A stretch of 64,000 nucleotides of DNA from Thermodesulfobacteriota bacterium (GTDB lineage: Bacteria > Desulfobacterota_D > UBA1144 > Nemesobacterales > UBA2774). Location of the stretch: positions 928,001 through 992,000 of the forward strand of contig OZ244197.1 of NCBI GenBank assembly GCA_965216785.1, read 5' to 3'. Every line of letters begins with the position of its first letter. The stretch's first letter is position 1. The notes under the pieces are model-generated. The model was not told where the DNA came from, did not search any database, and saw only the letters and a program-made list of their open reading frames with translations. Shown piece after piece: positions 19,051 to 27,483 of this stretch. The translations under genes were made by a program, and so were the position numbers.

Positions 19051-19581
19051 ATGTTAAATTCATTCAAGAGTACTTTTCTTTTAATGGTGTTTATAATCGG
19101 CAGTACAGGTGCATTAATAGGCTGCGCGACACAACAGACGCCGGTGTATGAGCCACCCGCCGGCAAGATCGGTCAAATTTCAGAATTCGATATTACCCAG
19201 GCGTCTGAGCAGGACATTGCCGATGCTCTTCAAAGGGACGGGCGCGTCATTATCAGCGGCGGGCTTTTGTTCGCCTTTGACAGCGCAGAGCTAAATCCTG
19301 AAGCTCAGCAAATAACGGCAAAATTGGCCCAGGTTATGTTGCAGCACCCCAATCTAAAAGTGGCTGTTGTCGGAAACACCGATAACACCGGAAACTTCAA
19401 ATATAACATCGGGCTTTCCGAGAGGCGCGCAAACGCCATAGTCAAAGCGCTTGAAAGGGACGGAGTCGGAACGGACCGCTTGGTCGGCGTGGGCGTAGGT
19501 TCCCTTATCCCGATCGCGTCTAACGACACTCCGGAAGGGCAGGCGAAAAACCGCCGCGTAGAGCTCGTCCTTATTCGCTAA
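19051..19581 (+). CDS. OmpA/Pal-like peptidoglycan-binding lipoprotein
   Basis: LIGC lipobox; LFAFDSAEL, GNTD..N..LSERRA, NRRVE. Confidence 0.92.
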   Translation: MLNSFKSTFLLMVFIIGSTGALIGCATQQTPVYEPPAGKIGQISEFDITQASEQDIADALQRDGRVIISGGLLFAFDSAELNPEAQQITAKLAQVMLQHPNLKVAVVGNTDNTGNFKYNIGLSERRANAIVKALERDGVGTDRLVGVGVGSLIPIASNDTPEGQAKNRRVELVLIR

Positions 19582-19730
19582 AACTTAAAGGATTTAATTT
19601 TGGCGTGATATTCAAACTAGATAGAACCTAGCTTAAAATGAGGACAGCTTTTTGGGTGTCTTACAGCGGCCATGGCCTGGTTTTGTATTGATGCGCATCG
19701 TTATCTTTGATAATGTGAGAGCGGAATTGC

Positions 19731-20693
19731 ATGTTTATCGTCAGGCTGCTTAAAAAATATCCGAGAGTTGTTATTTCACAACGAAACAACGGTCTCGGAG
19801 ACAATCTTCTCGCTGCCGCCAACGCTTGGTACTATGCCAAACGTATGAACAGGAGCCTGGCTATAGTATGGCAGCCTTCGCGCTACCTCGCCGACAAAAA
19901 GGTGAACGCATTCAGCCGCTTTTTCAGCGTACCCGAGAAAATCGAGGGTGTCCCAGTTGTCGCGGAGCCTAGCATTGACTCTGCTTCGACGTTCCTTATC
20001 TCCCACCCTCTTTATTATCTACCTTCCCCCGACCCGGTTTTGCTTATCTATAAGCTATTTAGCCGGATAACAAAGTCGGTCGATAGCATTTTCAAAAAGA
20101 GACTTCGCCAGAGGCAGTGTATCACGGATAGGATCGTCGAAAATCTGGAGGACACACAGCATAGGGCTCTGATAACGCGCGGCTGCTATGTCCCGCACGA
20201 TTATTTAAAACCTTTTTTTGATTCACTCAAATTAAATCCTGAATTTCAGGAGAAGGTTGACGGATTTGCAGAAAAGTATTTCAAGAATAAAAAGGTCATA
20301 GGCGTTCATGTACGCTATTACAATCAGAGCATGGCATCTTCCGAACACACCGGATATTGGCAGGATCAGGTAAATGCTTTATGTGAGTGTCTGAATAAGA
20401 TTAAAGAAGCGGCGGCAGGGTTGAAACACTCAGACTACGTCGTTTTCCTTTCGACCGATGCCCGCTTAGTTCACGATTTTCTCTCTCGGTCAGTTGAAAA
20501 TGTGGTCTTTTATGACAAGGAATTCGGCTCGGACTTCTCAAAAGAGCTACATCAAGAGCTTCCCATTGAAACTGCGGCATCCACCTTGGTTGAGATGTTT
20601 TTGCTGGCTAAAAGCGATGTACTGGTCCGCTTCCCGCCAGAGTCATGGTTTTCTTACTATGCGAGCCTTTATGCAAAGAAAGTCATAGTCTGA
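19731..20693 (+). CDS. NodZ/GT23-like alpha-1,6-fucosyltransferase
   Basis: GLGDNL..A.AWYYAK, IGVHVR, VFLSTD, EMFLLAKSDVL..SWFS motifs. Confidence 0.75.
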   Translation: MFIVRLLKKYPRVVISQRNNGLGDNLLAAANAWYYAKRMNRSLAIVWQPSRYLADKKVNAFSRFFSVPEKIEGVPVVAEPSIDSASTFLISHPLYYLPSPDPVLLIYKLFSRITKSVDSIFKKRLRQRQCITDRIVENLEDTQHRALITRGCYVPHDYLKPFFDSLKLNPEFQEKVDGFAEKYFKNKKVIGVHVRYYNQSMASSEHTGYWQDQVNALCECLNKIKEAAAGLKHSDYVVFLSTDARLVHDFLSRSVENVVFYDKEFGSDFSKELHQELPIETAASTLVEMFLLAKSDVLVRFPPESWFSYYASLYAKKVIV

Positions 20694-20715
20694 AAAATCA
20701 TTCGATAGATAATCT

Positions 20716-20770
20716 ATGGTAGCCCCTACGTGATTTGAACCCGTGTTTTAGCCTTGAGAGGGCTTCGTCC
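20716..20770 (-). repeat. Direct repeat of the tRNA-Glu 3' half (att-like)
   Basis: ATGGTAGCCCCTACGtGATTTGAACCCGTGTTTTAGCCTTGAGAGGGCTtCGTCC matches 23952-24006 with 2 mismatches. Confidence 0.93.
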
Positions 20771-20919
20771 GCAAGCTCCTTGTATCTGACAGGTGGCATC
20801 TCCACATGTATATCTACCCTGTCGAGCAGCGGCCCAGAGACCTTGGAGCGGTACTTGTCTATCGGAATCGGGTTGCAGGAACATTCCTTCTGGGGGTCTC
20901 CGTGATAACCGCAGGGGCA
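20764..20919 (-). pseudogene. comM: Internal fragment of comM/YifB (Mg-chelatase-like AAA+ ATPase)
   Basis: Manual translation CPCGYHGDPQKECSCNPIPIDKYRSKVSGPLLDRVDIHVEMPPVRYKELADE; no start codon, in-frame stop four codons upstream. Confidence 0.9.
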
Positions 20920-20934
20920 TCCGTGCGGTTATCA
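20903..20934. repeat. Perfect 11-bp inverted repeat centred on the comM breakpoint (recombinase att-like)
   Basis: TGATAACCGCA-ggggcatccg-TGCGGTTATCA. Confidence 0.8.
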
Positions 20935-21165
20935 ATCATAAGATTTATAAACTATGTTTAGATTAATAACCAATGAACCGCTTCTAATTATATGTGTACA
21001 CTGTAAGGAATTCTTACAGGATTTTTCTTCTTACGACCGTTCTATATAAATAAAAATTCGATCATTTAGATAAGTTATGCAAAATTAAGTTTTATGGCAT
21101 GGTGATTGCGGGATGCCACTATGCAATATTGGGTTTTATTGTGGGGGTTAAAATGGAAAAAAATT

Positions 21166-22671
21166 ATGGAAAATAGAGATCAATCAAATTCTTTCTTGTA
21201 TTTACAAAACTCTTTCTTCTCGAGCAGGAGTACTTTACTGATTGTAGGCTTTTTATTGATACTCCTTTCCAATATGAGAGGTAGTGCCGGCATTTTCGCA
21301 TGGTTCATGCCGGTGCCATTTCTACTCTATGTAGTACTTTATCATGGAGTCAAAAACCACCTCTGCTTGCTGCTTAGCCTCTTAGCCGGTTCGATATTCT
21401 CATTTATGAAAGCTGCATCAGACCCATTCCTTGATCCCGTATTATTTTCAATCATGATCGGTATAGTGATAGCTTTGCGCTATTACCTGGCTTTTCTCTT
21501 ATGGAGTTACATTCGAAGATGGGCAGGAGACCTTATCAGCCTGATCGCCTTTCCTGCAATAATAGTAAGTTTAGAGTATGTTCAGGCATTTTATTTACCT
21601 TTTGGAGATTGGGGCTCCCTGGCCAATACCCAATTGTATAATCTCCCTCTCTTGCAAACAGCCTCACTGTTTGGATTCCTGGGGATATCCGCCATCATGT
21701 CATGGGCAGCCGTTCTTTGTGCATCCATAATTTTAAGAGGAAGTTTTGTAAGTAGTGAAATACGGCTGTCGATATTCATCCTTATACTTACTGCTTTGTA
21801 CGTATATGGTGATCTACGCCTGAACAAAGTGCCGGAAGGAAAACATATCCTGGCAGCAGCAATTATGGTAGATACTGAGTTTACAGGTGTTTTGCCAAAT
21901 CCTGAATCTCCGGAGGTAATGCAAACAACAGATACCTTAATAGAAAAAACCCGAATAGCTGCAAATAGAGGGGCCTCAATAGTCGTTTGGGGTGAAATAT
22001 CTACTGTGATTTCAGAAAAAGGTGAAGGCCGGTTTTTAGAGAAGCTCTCTGCCGTGGCAAAAAGGTATGAAATTACAATTGTAGCAGCTTATGCAGTACC
22101 GGCTCCGAAAGACGAAAAAGAAAATTACAATTTTATAAACAAGTTTACCTGGATAAATGAAAATGGAGAGATAGCCGAAACGTATCTCAAACACCATCCC
22201 GTACCAGGTGAAGGGAGTGAGAAGGGTGTTAAACCATTGAAAATTATCCATACTGAATTTGGTAAGATGACGGGAGCCATTTGTTACGATTATGACTTCC
22301 CGCAAATGGCGCTTAGCCAGGCCAGGCTGGGAGCTGATATAGTTGTAGTGCCCGGACAGGATTGGCGGGGTATGCTCATGCAACACACACTTATGGCACG
22401 GATAAGAGCCATTGAAGGGGGATTCTCTGTTCTCAGATCTGCCAATGAGGCCACCTCAATGGGCTTTAATAATTACGGCCAGATCCGGGCTGCAATGTCT
22501 GATTTCGGAAACAATGACAGAATACTTATCGCTTCTTTGCCAGTCGGGCAAATAAAGACTCTATACAGCATGATTGGTAACCTGCTTGCGTATATCGCAA
22601 TTGCTGCGCTTTTATTCTCCTTGTTTATGACAGTTCGTAATTATCGGAGAGAAAAAAACTCCAAGCCATGA
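21166..22671 (+). CDS. Membrane carbon-nitrogen hydrolase, apolipoprotein N-acyltransferase (Lnt)-like
   Basis: TM N-terminus, WGSLANTQ, triad WGE / YLKHHP / ICYD, RAIEGG; start codon uncertain (21106-21166). Confidence 0.82.
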   Translation: MENRDQSNSFLYLQNSFFSSRSTLLIVGFLLILLSNMRGSAGIFAWFMPVPFLLYVVLYHGVKNHLCLLLSLLAGSIFSFMKAASDPFLDPVLFSIMIGIVIALRYYLAFLLWSYIRRWAGDLISLIAFPAIIVSLEYVQAFYLPFGDWGSLANTQLYNLPLLQTASLFGFLGISAIMSWAAVLCASIILRGSFVSSEIRLSIFILILTALYVYGDLRLNKVPEGKHILAAAIMVDTEFTGVLPNPESPEVMQTTDTLIEKTRIAANRGASIVVWGEISTVISEKGEGRFLEKLSAVAKRYEITIVAAYAVPAPKDEKENYNFINKFTWINENGEIAETYLKHHPVPGEGSEKGVKPLKIIHTEFGKMTGAICYDYDFPQMALSQARLGADIVVVPGQDWRGMLMQHTLMARIRAIEGGFSVLRSANEATSMGFNNYGQIRAAMSDFGNNDRILIASLPVGQIKTLYSMIGNLLAYIAIAALLFSLFMTVRNYRREKNSKP

Positions 22672-22690
22672 GTGCCAAAGGAGCTTTAAT

Positions 22691-23398
22691 ATGACAGATA
22701 ATGCAATAATGCGTAAACGACTTCTTATTCTGGGGATCATTGTATCCATCCTTATACTCTGGAATGGGGTATGTGATTATCTTTATGCATACTCTTCCCA
22801 ATTAAGTGGATCAGAATACAGTTCATCTGCAGTTTTCAGAGTTCTCCTTAGCGCAAACGGCCGTCCTCACTGGATGGTGATGCTTGCGCAAACAGCCGGA
22901 TGGCTTTACCCGATATATGCCCTGTCGTACTATCATATGTGGATTGGTATGCGCAGAGCCGGTTTTTGGCTTGGCACTGTTCCTCTCTTAATACTGGCCT
23001 ATGCTATAGTGATGATTGGCGGTATTCAACATGCAGGCTTTGCATTTATAAGTGTGCTGGAACAAGCGAAAGCAGTAGTTGGATGCACTGATATGAAATT
23101 CTATGCTTTAGCAAACCAGTATATTCTCGAACATTTTATATTCGGAGATCTTACGGCAATGATTGCATTCAGTCTTGGAACATTATGGCAGGCCGTTGGT
23201 ATTTTAAGTGGAAAAACAATGTATCCACGCTGGTTTTTAGTAGTATCTCCACTTGGCGTACTAACTATTACTCTGGTACTAGGATCCTTTCTCCCTGCAC
23301 CTGTTGCAGGATATGTGCTTGCACCTTTCGGGACCTGGTTTATGTTAATTCCACTAATAGCAAGTACGGTATGGCTGTGGAGGAATTATGATTATTAA
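22691..23398 (+). CDS. Uncharacterised polytopic membrane protein
   Basis: About 6 hydrophobic segments; AAGGAG RBS; ILSGKTMYPRW motif. Confidence 0.75.
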   Translation: MTDNAIMRKRLLILGIIVSILILWNGVCDYLYAYSSQLSGSEYSSSAVFRVLLSANGRPHWMVMLAQTAGWLYPIYALSYYHMWIGMRRAGFWLGTVPLLILAYAIVMIGGIQHAGFAFISVLEQAKAVVGCTDMKFYALANQYILEHFIFGDLTAMIAFSLGTLWQAVGILSGKTMYPRWFLVVSPLGVLTITLVLGSFLPAPVAGYVLAPFGTWFMLIPLIASTVWLWRNYDY

Positions 23399-23440
23399 CA
23401 GCTAATTGAATATTGATAATTGATAAAGGGAGACATTGCA

Positions 23441-23905
23441 ATGAGATATTTAAAGAAAATTGGAGTATTTGCCGCAGTCCTAACCTTATTCTCCGGTTTA
23501 AGCTTTGCCGAGCATGTAATCGATGATTCCAAAAATACGAGTTATTTATTCGTTATAAGCGGGAGCTCAGGCTCTTTGGATGGAGATACTTTAACATTAA
23601 AAGGAGTGCCGAATATTGTCTATTTCTCAGACCGTCCGGCAAGGCAGGCGGGGCATCTATCGCTTGATAAGTTTATGGATATGAGTAGTGATAGCTTTAA
23701 AGCAGACCCTCCGAACGCTGTACTCTCAATACTAAATAACAATGAGAACATTGTTGTAGAAATTCAAGACCCTAAACTTCAGGAAAACGATATATTGTTT
23801 AAGATAAAGATATTGCAAGGAACCGCGCAAGCACAATTCAAACAGTCGTCCTTGTTTATTGATACGATCTGCGGCTTGATTTGTGATGGGGCAGGTGGTG
23901 GGTAA
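23441..23905 (+). CDS. Secreted protein of the YFSDRPxRxAGH family (paralog of 49859-50332)
   Basis: Signal peptide; SYLFV..VYFSDRPARQAGH..FKADPPNA..SSLFID; ATG 23441 with AGGGAG RBS. Confidence 0.8.
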   Translation: MRYLKKIGVFAAVLTLFSGLSFAEHVIDDSKNTSYLFVISGSSGSLDGDTLTLKGVPNIVYFSDRPARQAGHLSLDKFMDMSSDSFKADPPNAVLSILNNNENIVVEIQDPKLQENDILFKIKILQGTAQAQFKQSSLFIDTICGLICDGAGGG

Positions 23906-23952
23906 CAGCGGACCTGCATAAATGAGGCATTAATCATTACTTGCTTTAAAAA

Positions 23953-24030
23953 TGGTAGCCCCTACGGGATTTGAACCCGTGTTTTAGCCTTGAGAGGGCT
24001 ACGTCCTAGGCCAGGCTAGACGAAGGGGCC
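23953..24030 (-). tRNA. tRNA-Glu (anticodon CTC)
   Basis: GGCCCCTTCGTCTAGCCTGGCCTAGGACGTAGCCCTCTCAAGGCTAAAACACGGGTTCAAATCCCGTAGGGGCTACCA folds as a cloverleaf with encoded CCA. Confidence 0.97.
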
Positions 24031-24188
24031 ACAGTCAATAAAGCAGATTTACAATTTATCATAACACGAAAGAAAATCAACGATCCCCGCAATTAGAGCT
24101 CTATATCTAGGAGAAATATTTTATTTTCCCGTTAAACTAATTGTGAACGTATAATTAATCAGGTAAAAAGGTTATAGAGGATAAGCCT

Positions 24189-24791
24189 TTGAAAAACAAA
24201 TCAAGCATATACTTAATTTTTGCCATACTCACCGCGTTTCTCATCGCCTGCGACGGCGGAGGGGAATCTTCAGATACCAGCGGCGTTGTAATTGACGACT
24301 CGGCGTCGGGTGGGAATGGGGGCGGTAATCCTGCACCTACAAATCCCGCGCCTCCCGGATCTCTAAATAGCTTTCAAGCTTTTATGCTGGGTGTGGTCAA
24401 CGATGTACGTGCCCAGTCCAGAGACTGCGGCAATCAGTTTTTCGCAGCTGCGCCTGCTGTCATCTGGGATGAGAGGATAGAAGCCGCGGCCCAGATGCAT
24501 AGTGAAGACATGGCAGCCAATCAGAATTTTAACCACATTGGGTCTGACGGCTCTGACGCGGGTGACAGGTTGCTTATGGAAAACTACGACTGGTTCACCT
24601 GGGGCGAGAACATTCTATTTGGACTTAACGACGGGGAAGCTGCAGTGGACGCGCTTTTAGATTCTCCTTCACATTGTGCGCTTATAATGAGCCCTGACTT
24701 TCAAGAGGTTGGAGCGGGCTCTGCCAAAGGAAGCATACAGGGTGGCTCATCCACTTTCTGGACGGTATTGTTTGCGACCGAATCTAACTGA
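24189..24791 (+). CDS. CAP/SCP-domain lipoprotein
   Basis: LIAC lipobox; AAQMHSEDMA..HIGSDGS, GENI, SPSHCALIM. Confidence 0.9.
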   Translation: MKNKSSIYLIFAILTAFLIACDGGGESSDTSGVVIDDSASGGNGGGNPAPTNPAPPGSLNSFQAFMLGVVNDVRAQSRDCGNQFFAAAPAVIWDERIEAAAQMHSEDMAANQNFNHIGSDGSDAGDRLLMENYDWFTWGENILFGLNDGEAAVDALLDSPSHCALIMSPDFQEVGAGSAKGSIQGGSSTFWTVLFATESN

Positions 24792-24812
24792 TTCGGACTT
24801 TATCACGGAAAT

Positions 24813-25337
24813 TCAATCTTCTCTTCTAAGCTCTTTTTTAAACCGCTTGAAATTACCGACATAATGCTCGGCTGAAAATCTGAGGTACTCGATCTCTTCT
24901 TCGGTTACTTCCCTTACCACCTTGCCGGGCGAGCCCAGCACCATAGAGTTATCCGGGATTTCCTTCCCGTGTGTGATAAGACAGTTTGCCCCGATTATGC
25001 AGTTCTTTCCTATTTTCGCATGATTCAATACAACAGAGTTTATACCGACAAGTGAGTTGTCTCCTATATCACAGCCATGGAGCATTGCCTGGTGTCCTAC
25101 TGTTACGCCCTTACCTATGCGAAAGGGAACCCCTTCATCTGTATGTATCACCACAGCGTCCTGAATATTGCTTCCCTCTTCAATTACAAGTGGCTCATTA
25201 TCCCCTCTCAGCACCGCGTTAAACCATATGCTCACGTCGTTGTGAATTACGACAGAGCCTATAACAGTCGCGTTTTCAGCAATAAAATAGTCATCTCCCT
25301 TAATCTCAAGCTTTCTCTCACCCAGTGAATAGATCAA
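24813..25337 (-). CDS. Gamma carbonic anhydrase family protein
   Basis: IWFNAVLRGD, SNIQD..VIH, VGHQAMLHGC hexapeptide repeats. Confidence 0.94.
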   Translation of the reverse strand: MIYSLGERKLEIKGDDYFIAENATVIGSVVIHNDVSIWFNAVLRGDNEPLVIEEGSNIQDAVVIHTDEGVPFRIGKGVTVGHQAMLHGCDIGDNSLVGINSVVLNHAKIGKNCIIGANCLITHGKEIPDNSMVLGSPGKVVREVTEEEIEYLRFSAEHYVGNFKRFKKELRRED

Positions 25338-25397
25338 TATTCTTCTCCTATTGGCGGACTCCTTCTATTCTACCTAACTTAATCATTTGCACTCTGA

Positions 25398-26285
25398 TTA
25401 AATCACAAAGTGCCAGCCCTTTATTCCCCCTGCTAAAACCGATTTAAATGTAGGGCTTGTTTTCAAATAATCATAAGCATCCACCGCTTCGTCTTCATCC
25501 TTGAATAGCGCGTAGACAGCAGACCCGCTGCCCGTCATCAACACTGACTCCGCTCCCATTGACGACAATATTTTCTTATACGAGCCTATCTCCGGGTATA
25601 GGCTTATAGCCGCCTCTTCAAGGTCATTTCTCAGAGGGGGTGTTGTGCTATCTCTGAACATAGATACCGTCTCTTGAATATCCGGACCCTTGGCCATTAA
25701 GCTTTTCTGATCCTGTGATGTATGTAGCTTGTCCCATTTCTTATAAATCTCTTGAGTCGATACTTGGAGTTTCGGGCACAGTACTAAATAATAAAATATA
25801 GGGAAATCTCTAAGCAGCGTAATCTTCTCGCCTATACCCTCGGCCACACATGTTTGAGAGCGTATAAAGAAAGGTACGTCTGCTCCGATTGTACTTGCGA
25901 TATTCAGTAGTTTTTCTTCTGTAAGGGCGTTTGTGAGCTTGTTTAAGCCCACCAGCACCGCCGCCGCGTTCCCGCTCCCGCCGCCGAGCCCCGACCCCGG
26001 TGGGATCCTTTTCTTAATGTGTATTTTGACGCTCAGTGATAACCCGCTCTCTCCGAGATATTTCTCAGCCGCTTTCCACGCAAGGTTCTCGCTGTCCAGC
26101 GGAATTTCTATACCGCTCGATTCAATGGATACACCTTCCCCGTCTTCCACATCCAGCCTTACCTCGTCAAAAAAATCTATAGGCTGCATTATGGAGCGCA
26201 GCTCATGATACCCGTTTGCCCGTACACCAAGTATCTCTAGAGTCAGGTTTATCTTTGCCGGAGAGAGTAAATTTATCGTGCCCAT
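25398..26285 (-). CDS. ispE: 4-diphosphocytidyl-2-C-methyl-D-erythritol kinase
   Basis: PAKINLTL, IPPGSGLGGGSGNAA, GADVPFF, MTGSGS. Confidence 0.96.
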   Translation of the reverse strand: MGTINLLSPAKINLTLEILGVRANGYHELRSIMQPIDFFDEVRLDVEDGEGVSIESSGIEIPLDSENLAWKAAEKYLGESGLSLSVKIHIKKRIPPGSGLGGGSGNAAAVLVGLNKLTNALTEEKLLNIASTIGADVPFFIRSQTCVAEGIGEKITLLRDFPIFYYLVLCPKLQVSTQEIYKKWDKLHTSQDQKSLMAKGPDIQETVSMFRDSTTPPLRNDLEEAAISLYPEIGSYKKILSSMGAESVLMTGSGSAVYALFKDEDEAVDAYDYLKTSPTFKSVLAGGIKGWHFVI

Positions 26286-26555
26286 TTTCTGTATTCCGAG
26301 CTAGAATTTAATCCAAAATTCCGCGTTTTGAAAGAGTATCTATATATATAGCCCTACGTCAAAAAAATAAATTTCCGTAAGAGCTATTTTGATAGTGGAA
26401 AAATCGAATTTTTTGCAAAATAATTTACTTATATGTGCCAACAATAAAGTCAGTCATATTAGGGGATTACAAGGGATTTAAATGTTCCTCAGGAAATATG
26501 TGAATTTTAGTACAAATATTCCTTGACATTTTAAGTACCATACTTTAGTTTTATA

Positions 26556-26646
26556 TGTAAAGTTAATCAGCAGAATTAAAATTCATCCTCCATCCTCCTT
26601 TAAGAGAACGGGAGTGCTTCTTGCAAAAGAAGTACTCCCGTTTTTC
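26556..26646 (+). ncRNA. Candidate small RNA with tandem CATCCTC(C) anti-SD motifs (5' end approximate)
   Basis: TTGACA at 26523 upstream, CATCCTCCATCCTCCTT at 26584, strong terminator, no ORF. Confidence 0.55.
26607..26646 (+). terminator. Intrinsic terminator
   Basis: AACGGGAGTGCTTCTT-GCAA-AAGAAGTACTCCCGTT followed by a T-tract. Confidence 0.85.
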
Positions 26647-26754
26647 GTTATATATACATTTGGCTTACTTTTATTTGAACATCTATCATATAGTAGAGTA
26701 AAGTAAATAACTGACTTATAGCATTTGGTTAAAAGAGCCCGGATTAATCACGAT

Positions 26755-27483
26755 ATGACTTTGCTTCGAAAAACACCGCATCTTACTCTAATACTTATTT
26801 TACTCCTCACATCCGGCTGTGTGTTCCTTAGGCTCCTTAAGGTTAAAAACCAGTTTAACGATTTCGATACCAATTTTGACCTCCATGACCAGAGGGGTCT
26901 CACGCTTGTTTTTAAAAACCCTGTGCTTGGCTCAGAAGATATAGTCTGGTTAATGAAAGGAGAGCCTTCGGGTAATAAGAAAATAGAAAAAGGAGAGCTC
27001 TGGACTTATGTGCTGGAGAAAGAGTATCTAGCATCCAAAGATGAGGAGGAAGATTACGATATCCCTATTATAATGGTAATGGAATACGACAAGCTTGCCG
27101 AGATAAGCTTCCCCGAGCGTTTCCTTAAAAACCTCTCCCTGCCGCTTCTTAAAAAAATGTTTGCCTCCCTTGGAAACGCCGATGTCAGTAAGTTCAGAAA
27201 AAGCGCGAGCTCAAAGTTTCAGGGCGCTAGCGCAAGCGAGATACCTACAGCGGATAATGTAGTCGAAACTCTCGGGAAACCATATTCGATTGAAATCTCT
27301 GAGGACAAGTCCAGGTACTCATATCTTTACTACATTAAAAAACCCGAAGGGGACACGAGTGAAAAGAACTTTAAATTTGAGCTCGTATTTACAGTAAAAA
27401 ACAAAGATAAATCCTTACTTCAGGCAAAGGGGATAATTAGAGGTCTCAAGCTGGCCCTGGATTTCGATACAGTTCAAAACTAG
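26755..27483 (+). CDS. Lipoprotein of unknown function
   Basis: LLTSGC lipobox after ATG 26755. Confidence 0.7.
   Translation: MTLLRKTPHLTLILILLLTSGCVFLRLLKVKNQFNDFDTNFDLHDQRGLTLVFKNPVLGSEDIVWLMKGEPSGNKKIEKGELWTYVLEKEYLASKDEEEDYDIPIIMVMEYDKLAEISFPERFLKNLSLPLLKKMFASLGNADVSKFRKSASSKFQGASASEIPTADNVVETLGKPYSIEISEDKSRYSYLYYIKKPEGDTSEKNFKFELVFTVKNKDKSLLQAKGIIRGLKLALDFDTVQN

Larger units (their letters stand above)
20716..24030. mobile_element. Integrase-less genomic islet at tRNA-Glu (three cargo genes)
   Basis: Bounded by tRNA-Glu and a direct repeat of its 3' portion; visibly AT-richer cargo; no recombinase ORF inside. Confidence 0.75.

Noticed and set aside
20716-20770. Second functional tRNA-Glu
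   Set aside because: Lacks the 5' acceptor strand and D arm and has a T-stem mismatch; it is an att-like duplicate
20726-20935. Listed 69-aa minus-strand ORF
   Set aside because: Wrong frame; the meaningful translation is the comM fragment in another frame
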